From Candidatus Latescibacterota bacterium (GTDB lineage Bacteria; Latescibacterota; 4484-107; B68-G9), in NCBI GenBank assembly GCA_012962735.1, contig DTXA01000509.1:1-36671 (forward strand): a DNA stretch of 36,671 nt, in the 5' to 3' direction. The notes under the pieces were generated by a model. The model searched no databases. It had not been told where the DNA came from and was given only the letters and a program-made list of their open reading frames with translations. Positions 31,077 to 36,671 of this stretch are shown piece by piece. Within the stretch, counting starts at the first letter, position 1, and each line of letters begins with the position of its first letter. Position numbers and translations under genes: made by a program.

Positions 31077-31609
31077 AGCCCCTTCTCCCCTATCCAGTAT
31101 CCCAAGGCCAAAGCCTCCCGGTTGGCCTTCAACAGATCTCCCTTCTGGAGTCTGCCCAAAGCTTCTTGTAGGGACCTCAACCGCACTATTCCGGTCTTCC
31201 CCCCCACGACCCCCAACATGACCATGTTCGCAGATCTAACCGACCACCGCTCCATAGCAATTACCAAGGCCGGCACCGACACGCAGGTCCTGCCCTCGCC
31301 GTCGAAATCCTCTGGAAAGGCTTCGGCGCTGAGGAATATAGTCCCTCCGGGCTTTGCAGAGGGCCCGAACTGCTCCAAAAGCCCCGGGTCCATTAACACC
31401 AGCACGTCCGGCTCCTCCACGATCGGGGAGGCGATCTCCTGGTCCGAGAGCATCACCGAGCACTGGGTCAGCCCCCCCCGCACCTCCGCGCCGTACACCG
31501 GGAAGTAGCTCACCTCCCTTCCTTCCGTCATGGCCGCGTAGGCTAAAAGCGTCCCCATTACCAGCACCCCCTGCCCCCCTCGGCCGGCTATGAAAACCTC
31601 GGTGTACAC
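31073..31609 (-). CDS. 2-oxoacid:ferredoxin oxidoreductase gamma subunit
   Basis: IAGRGGQGV, YGAEVRGG and ANMVMLG motifs; GTG start with AGGAGG RBS. Confidence 0.92.
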   Translation of the reverse strand: MYTEVFIAGRGGQGVLVMGTLLAYAAMTEGREVSYFPVYGAEVRGGLTQCSVMLSDQEIASPIVEEPDVLVLMDPGLLEQFGPSAKPGGTIFLSAEAFPEDFDGEGRTCVSVPALVIAMERWSVRSANMVMLGVVGGKTGIVRLRSLQEALGRLQKGDLLKANREALALGYWIGEKGL

Positions 31610-31618
31610 TCTACCCTC

Positions 31619-32356
31619 CTACGCTTTGATCTCCCCCAACCCATAAAACGGCACCATCTTCTCCTCCACCCATGCTATAGCCTCCCGGGGGTCTACATGC
31701 CAGTTCGACGGGCAGGGAGAGAGCACCTCCACCAGCGAAAACCCCTGGTCCTCCATTTGGGCCTGTATCGCCCTCCTTATGTACCGCTTCACCGTTCTCA
31801 CGTTCCCCGGAGAGGTCACGGTCCCCCGCGCTATGTACACCGCCCCATCCAATCCCTCCAACAACTCGCACACCCGCAAAGGGAACCCGTCCCGCCTCGG
31901 GTTCCGTCCTGAAGGGGTCGTCGTGGTCCTCTGACCTAAAAGCGTCGTAGGGGCCATCTGCCCCCTTGTCATCCCGTATACAGCGTTGTTCACGTACACC
32001 ACCGTGATCCTCTCCCCCCGGTTGGCCGCATGTAAGATCTCGGCAGCCCCTATGGCCGCGAGGTCTCCATCCCCCTGATAGACCAAGATGACGTGGTCCG
32101 GAAGGGCTCGCTTGAGCCCCGTCGCCACCGCCGGAGCCCTCCCGTGTGCCGCCCCTACCATATCGAAGTTGAAATACTCCTCTAAGAAGACTGCACACCC
32201 CACAGGTGCTATACCTACCGTCCTCTCCCTTATCCCGAGTTCGTCAACCACCTCGGCCACAAGCCGGGTGACGATGCCGTGTCCGCACCCCGGACAATAC
32301 CGGAATGGCACATCCGCCAGGCTCTCCGGCCTCCTGTAAGCTCTGAGCAGCTTCAT
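31619..32356 (-). CDS. 2-oxoacid:ferredoxin oxidoreductase beta (TPP-binding) subunit, VOR-type
   Basis: YCPGCGH, PVGC, HGRAPA.ATG, QGDGDL, NNAVYGMT.GQ and SPCP motifs. Confidence 0.92.
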   Translation of the reverse strand: MKLLRAYRRPESLADVPFRYCPGCGHGIVTRLVAEVVDELGIRERTVGIAPVGCAVFLEEYFNFDMVGAAHGRAPAVATGLKRALPDHVILVYQGDGDLAAIGAAEILHAANRGERITVVYVNNAVYGMTRGQMAPTTLLGQRTTTTPSGRNPRRDGFPLRVCELLEGLDGAVYIARGTVTSPGNVRTVKRYIRRAIQAQMEDQGFSLVEVLSPCPSNWHVDPREAIAWVEEKMVPFYGLGEIKA

Positions 32357-32363
32357 AATAACC

Positions 32364-33422
32364 TCACCCTCCCTCCGACATCTCCTCTACCCTCCCCAAC
32401 ACCTCCCTCGCCGTGGGTATCCCCCCTCCTGGCCTTCCATAAAGGCTCACCGGACACCTCCCGTCCACCGCAAGCCGCACGTCCTCCACCAACTGCCCCA
32501 GACTCATCTCCACCGCTAAAACCCCCCTGGCCCGCCCGGCGACCTCCATCAAAGCCCCGTAGGGGAAAGGCCAAAGCGTGATGGGCCTGAAAAGGCCGAC
32601 CTTCATCCCCCTTTCCCTCGCCCTACGCATCGCCCCGAGGCATACCCTCGCGCTTGTACCATATGCCACTAAGACCACCTCGGCGTCCTCCAGGCCCACC
32701 CCCTCCCACCGTGCCTCCTTCCGCTCTATCCCCTCGTACTTCTCCCGGAGGTGCAAGTTATGCTCCTCCAAAGCACCTGGAGATAGAAATAGCGATGTAA
32801 CAAGTCGTTTCTGCCTCCCTATCATATATCCCACGGCCCAATCCTTAGGTGGGAGGGGCGGAAAGTCCAGCTTTCGGAACTCTACCGGCTCCATCATCTG
32901 CCCCAGAACAGCATCTACGAGCACTATAACCGGGATGCGATACTTATCCGCTAAATAAAACGCCAACATCGTAAGGTCGGCCATCTCCTGTATCCTGTAC
33001 GGTGCCAGCACGAGCGTACGATAGTCCCCGTGCCCCCCTCCCCTCGTGGCCTGGAAGTAGTCCGCCTGTGAGGCCGCTATGTTCCCCAGCCCGGGTCCAC
33101 CCCTCATCACGTTCACGAGCACGCACGGAAGCTCCGCCCCGGCGAGGTACGAAATCCCCTCCTGCATCAGGCTGATGCCCGGCCCAGAGGAAGATGTCAT
33201 CGTCCGGACCCCAGCCGCCGAGGCCCCGTATATCATATTGATGGCCGCCACTTCGCTTTCGCTCTGCAGGAACACCCCCCCGACCTCGTCCATCCTCCGA
33301 GCCATATAGGCGGTGAGCTCGTTCTGTGGGGTTATTGGGTACCCAAAGTAGAACCGGCACCCTGCCCTGATGGCCGCCTCCCCCAAGGCCTCGTTCCCCT
33401 TCATCAGCACCCGCTCACCCAA
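32364..33422 (-). CDS. vorB: 2-oxoacid:ferredoxin oxidoreductase alpha subunit (3-methyl-2-oxobutanoate dehydrogenase VorB-type)
   Basis: MKGNEA, GYPITPQ, ESEVAAINM, SSSGPG.SL and RGGPGLG.I...Q.DY....GGGHGDY motifs; TTG start. Confidence 0.9.
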   Translation of the reverse strand: MGERVLMKGNEALGEAAIRAGCRFYFGYPITPQNELTAYMARRMDEVGGVFLQSESEVAAINMIYGASAAGVRTMTSSSGPGISLMQEGISYLAGAELPCVLVNVMRGGPGLGNIAASQADYFQATRGGGHGDYRTLVLAPYRIQEMADLTMLAFYLADKYRIPVIVLVDAVLGQMMEPVEFRKLDFPPLPPKDWAVGYMIGRQKRLVTSLFLSPGALEEHNLHLREKYEGIERKEARWEGVGLEDAEVVLVAYGTSARVCLGAMRRARERGMKVGLFRPITLWPFPYGALMEVAGRARGVLAVEMSLGQLVEDVRLAVDGRCPVSLYGRPGGGIPTAREVLGRVEEMSEGG

Positions 33423-33645
33423 CCCGCTCCTCCTCGTACACCTCTATGGAGATCGCCGCGTCAGGACATATCGTCGCACAGTTGAAACATCCGATGCACC
33501 TGTCTACGTCCGCGGCACGGGCGTGGGGATATCCCGAATCCCCCACCTCATCCGAAAGCTCTAAGACCCCCACAGGACAGAACTCCACGCAGAATCCACA
33601 CCCCTTACATCGCCCTTCGTCTATATGGAGGTCCACCCTCCTCAT
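33415..33645 (-). CDS. 2x[4Fe-4S] ferredoxin-like delta subunit
   Basis: CKGCGFCVEFCP and CIGCFNCATICPD motifs. Start trimmed to ATG 33645 after GGGGG. Confidence 0.92.
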   Translation of the reverse strand: MRRVDLHIDEGRCKGCGFCVEFCPVGVLELSDEVGDSGYPHARAADVDRCIGCFNCATICPDAAISIEVYEEERVG

Positions 33646-33721
33646 ATGGGCCCCCAAAAAGTATTAAGTCCTATCCACGTGGTCTTCCCCGTGCCGTTAA
33701 GCCTCAGCCTCCCCAGAACTT

Positions 33722-34513
33722 TCATCTCCTCCTTCCCAAGTACACCTGCATCCCCAATCCCACCAGGAACAATCCAATGCTCACCACCTGGTTCACCGAG
33801 AGGACCGTCGCCCCTAAGTGTACCTGCATCCCCTCTTCATAGTACCGGGCGAAATCCACTGAGAACCTGGCTACTGCGTACAACATCACGAGAAGCCAAA
33901 ACATGAACCCATCCCACCTCCTAAACCGCTCCGCCCAGAGCAGCAGCCCGAAGATAGCAAGGCCGTACAGCGAGGAGTACAACTGTGTGGGATGTAATCT
34001 AATATCAGGAAACACATATCCTGCTGGGCTCCCGGAGGGGAAGGCCATCGCCCAGGGGAGGGCGGCCGGCCTTCCGAAGCAACACCCGTTCAGGAAACAC
34101 CCGATCCGGGCGAAGAATATCCCTAAGCCCACCGAAGGCGCTACCACATCTGCCGCTCTCCATATCTGGACCTTCTTTTCCCTAAGATATAGTATTCCCA
34201 CGACAACTGCAAGGAGCACTCCCCCGTACAGCGTCAGCCCAGCTATCCCTACCCGCCCACCCTGGAAGGGGTTGATCACATCCCAAGGATGTCCCCTGAA
34301 CTCCCCCCAGTGGAAGGCCGCATAGAAAAGCCTCGCCCCCAAGACCCCGGAGGCCATAACCCAGACCACCAGATTCCCCACCACCTCCCGGGACACTCCG
34401 AACCTCCGAGCCCTCCACAGGGCGAAGTAGACCCCGGCCGCGAATGCCGCGGCCAGCATCACCCCGTACGACCGTATCTCTAACGGGCCCAGCCGAAACA
34501 GCACCGGATACAT
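33722..34513 (-). CDS. lgt: Prolipoprotein diacylglyceryl transferase
   Basis: YGVM, LGARLFY, GLTLYGG, RIGCFLNGCCFG and HPTQLY motifs. Confidence 0.95.
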   Translation of the reverse strand: MYPVLFRLGPLEIRSYGVMLAAAFAAGVYFALWRARRFGVSREVVGNLVVWVMASGVLGARLFYAAFHWGEFRGHPWDVINPFQGGRVGIAGLTLYGGVLLAVVVGILYLREKKVQIWRAADVVAPSVGLGIFFARIGCFLNGCCFGRPAALPWAMAFPSGSPAGYVFPDIRLHPTQLYSSLYGLAIFGLLLWAERFRRWDGFMFWLLVMLYAVARFSVDFARYYEEGMQVHLGATVLSVNQVVSIGLFLVGLGMQVYLGRRR

Positions 34514-34570
34514 ATATATTCCGATGTTGAAGCAGAGGGCTTAGGCGAGGCGACCTCCTCCAGCTCTCTT

Positions 34571-34599
34571 ATTGTACAGCATATTGGAAGGATTGTCAA
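34571..34599 (-). promoter_or_regulatory. sigma70-type promoter for the lgt block
   Basis: Minus strand reads TTGACA-17 nt-TACAAT. Confidence 0.75.
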
Positions 34600-34653
34600 T
34601 CCTTTTCCCTAAGCTTCAATGAAACAAAGACATCCATTGTAGGCAAAAGCCTG

Positions 34654-34682
34654 TTGACTTTGGAGAACTTTTTGTCTAAATT
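34654..34682 (+). promoter_or_regulatory. sigma70-type divergent promoter
   Basis: TTGACT-17 nt-TAAATT, about 50 nt upstream of the small Zn-ribbon gene. Confidence 0.6.
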
Positions 34683-34730
34683 ATTTCTAAGTCGTGGGTG
34701 GGGCCCCTGTAGTTAGGGAAGGGGGGGAAG

Positions 34731-34925
34731 ATGATGGAATATGGGTTTCCCAAGTGCATCAAATGCCAGGCCGGTGTGTTGGTACCTTTATCGGACTATG
34801 GGAAGGAAGGATCTGAAATCCGGTATAAGGCATGGGTGTGTACAAATCCGGAGTGTGGGTTCAACCTGAGGATCGACAACGGAGAGATAAGCATCGGAAG
34901 GGAGATAGGCCGCTCCTTCAAATGA
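34731..34925 (+). CDS. Small putative zinc-ribbon protein
   Basis: 64 aa with CIKC...CTNPECGF, a G-rich RBS and an upstream promoter. Confidence 0.75.
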   Translation: MMEYGFPKCIKCQAGVLVPLSDYGKEGSEIRYKAWVCTNPECGFNLRIDNGEISIGREIGRSFK

Positions 34926-34983
34926 CCTCTTGGCCGCAGAAGGACGTTGGGGTAACTGGGCCCCATCCATGACTGTACTAACT

Positions 34984-35880
34984 ATGAAATTCCGAGGAAA
35001 CATAGGTATCAAGGCGGGGGCGCTGTTCCTCGCCGTTTTGTTATGGGCCCATGTGGCCACGGAGAAATACTACGAGGTCACTGTCTCCCTCCCCATAGTG
35101 GTACAGCTCCCCGAGCACATAGCCCTCTCCAGTTCCGTTCCCGAGGCTGCCCAGGTGAAGTTGTGGGGAAAGGGCAAACATCTGCTGCTGTTGCGTTACT
35201 CCGGGACCAAACTCTCCATACGGGCCAACCCAGGAAGTCCGGGGAAGGTGAGCCACGTGCCCTCCCCTATGGACGTGGATATACCCGAAGGCCTCGATGT
35301 CCGGGCCTTAGAGGTGCTCCAGCCGTCGGTCATGGAATTCAGGGTAGACCGCCGCATAGTACGGAAGGTCCCCGTACTTCCCGCCTTAAAGCTATCCCCG
35401 GCGCCCGGGTACATCGTACTTTCCCCTAAGGTCCATCCGGACTCAGTGACGATCTCCGGGCCCAAGGAAGTCGTCCGGAAAGTCCGCGTGCTCTACACGG
35501 ACTCCCTTAGGGCCTCCGCGCTGCGTCGGTCCCTGCGGGGGGAGCTCAGGGTGGCCATCCCATCTCCCTACATCGTCTGCACTCCTCCTACCATCTGGGT
35601 GGAGGTCGATGTACAGCCTATAGTGGAGAGTTGGCTGGAGGGAATACCGGTGCGGCTTATATACTCCCCTAAGGGGGCGTGGGTGGTGCCGAATCGGGTG
35701 GACATCGAGGTGAGAGGCCCTGCCGATGTCCTGGCCAAGCTCTCCCCCGAGGACGTCCAGGCGTACATAGACTACCGCAACGTCCGAGAGGGCAAACCTC
35801 CAGAGCCCTCCTTTCACCTTCCTCCAGGGGTGCAGTTCCTGAGGGCCAGACCATCCTCTTTCCGAGTCCAGCTGCCGTAG
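34984..35880 (+). CDS. YbbR/CdaR-family protein
   Basis: N-terminal TM K..ALFLAVLLW.HV and repeated P..V.I.GP YbbR-type domains. The start is uncertain; MKFRGN was chosen. Confidence 0.8.
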   Translation: MKFRGNIGIKAGALFLAVLLWAHVATEKYYEVTVSLPIVVQLPEHIALSSSVPEAAQVKLWGKGKHLLLLRYSGTKLSIRANPGSPGKVSHVPSPMDVDIPEGLDVRALEVLQPSVMEFRVDRRIVRKVPVLPALKLSPAPGYIVLSPKVHPDSVTISGPKEVVRKVRVLYTDSLRASALRRSLRGELRVAIPSPYIVCTPPTIWVEVDVQPIVESWLEGIPVRLIYSPKGAWVVPNRVDIEVRGPADVLAKLSPEDVQAYIDYRNVREGKPPEPSFHLPPGVQFLRARPSSFRVQLP

Positions 35881-35896
35881 AGATATATCTCCAAGA

Positions 35897-35991
35897 AAAG
35901 AGGCTTCTCTTTCGGTCTAATACAAACCAACTGGAGACCTTAGGGGCTCCCAAAAAGATATGGGCGAAGCGAAGAACCTTTTGGGACTATA
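35897..35991. repeat. Dispersed intergenic repeat, copy B
   Basis: AAAGAGGCTTCTCTTTCGGTCTAATACAAA...CCCAAAAAGAT...GCGAAGAACCTTTTGGGACTATA, homologous to 24585-24656. Confidence 0.75.
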
Positions 35992-36006
35992 TATAGAGGT
36001 GTAAAA

Positions 36007-36671
36007 ATGCGAGTGCTCGGCATCGAGACCTCCTGTGACGAGACCGCCGTAGCGGTCTGGGAGGACAATGTGGGGCTCCGCTCCAACATCGTCGCCTCCC
36101 AGGTCGAACATAGCGCATTCGGGGGGGTGGTCCCGGAGCTGGCCTCCCGGGCGCATATCCGCAAGATCATCCCTGTCATCCGCCATTCCCTCTCGGAAGC
36201 CGGTCTTTCCATAAAAGAGGTGGACGGCATAGCTGTCACATATGGCCCCGGACTTATAGGCTCCCTCGTAGTGGGCCTCTCGGTGGCCAAGGCCCTCGCC
36301 CTCGCCCTCAAGGTCCCCCTGATCGGGGTACACCATATAGAGGCCCATCTCTTTTCCTCCCTTATAGAAGCCCCAGACCTCCCCCTCCCCCTGATGGCCC
36401 TCGTGGCCTCCGGCGGGCACACCGAGCTTGTCCTGGTGAGGGATTGGGGAAACTATCGGGTGCTCGGCAGCACGAGGGACGACGCGGATGGCGAGGCCTT
36501 CGACAAAGTGGCGAAGATGCTCAGCTTAGGGTACCCCGGTGGTCCGGAGATAGACCGCCTGGCCCGAATGGGGAACCCTGAGGCGGTCCACTTCCCTCGA
36601 CCCCTTCCAGAGGGCTGGGACTTCAGCTTCAGCGGGCTCAAGACCGCGGTGCTGTATCACCTCGAGGGCCG
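36007..36671 (+). CDS. tsaD: tRNA N6-adenosine threonylcarbamoyltransferase TsaD, 3' truncated by the window edge
   Basis: Not in the ORF track. Manual translation gives [66 protein letters not shown] and [10 protein letters not shown]. Confidence 0.97.
   Translation, partial: MRVLGIETSCDETAVAVWEDNVGLRSNIVASQVEHSAFGGVVPELASRAHIRKIIPVIRHSLSEAGLSIKEVDGIAVTYGPGLIGSLVVGLSVAKALALALKVPLIGVHHIEAHLFSSLIEAPDLPLPLMALVASGGHTELVLVRDWGNYRVLGSTRDDADGEAFDKVAKMLSLGYPGGPEIDRLARMGNPEAVHFPRPLPEGWDFSFSGLKTAVLYHLEG

Overview
GC-rich (about 60% by eye), gene-dense bacterial chromosomal window from a diderm. The evidence for a diderm is an outer-membrane barrel gene, exbBD and lgt. The PorV/PorQ-like, DUF4159 and TPR genes suggest an FCB-associated candidate phylum such as Latescibacterota, KSB1 or Poribacteria, but this is inference only. 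Left to right: the 5' end of a GH35-like glycosidase (-); clpB (+) with a near-perfect sigma54 promoter; then about 31 kb of minus-strand genes in three promoter-delimited blocks. Block 1 (3764-23227, in transcription order) is PorV/PorQ-like barrel, 1088-aa TPR protein, ExbB, ExbD and a DUF4159 protein with a TonB-type SxxxH anchor. These are followed by an NgcE-like sugar ABC transporter, class V aminotransferase, GH-like TIM barrel, DUF362, membrane/spermidine-synthase/TPR fusion, sugar epimerase, NPP-family phosphodiesterase and a lipoprotein. Block 2 is pfk-gap-pgk. Block 3 is lgt, a four-subunit 2-oxoacid:ferredoxin oxidoreductase, a radical SAM fusion and RNase E/G. The window ends (+) with a small Zn-ribbon gene, a YbbR/CdaR-like gene and partial tsaD. 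The best candidate for an undescribed system is the proton-motive-force-driven envelope module (barrel-TPR-ExbBD-TonB-like DUF4159) sitting directly upstream of an orphan amino-sugar-like uptake/catabolic cluster. Non-coding points of interest are a dispersed intergenic repeat, a perfect 18-bp inverted repeat and a structured leader before the RNase E/G gene. No rRNA, tRNA, CRISPR array or transposase was recognised.
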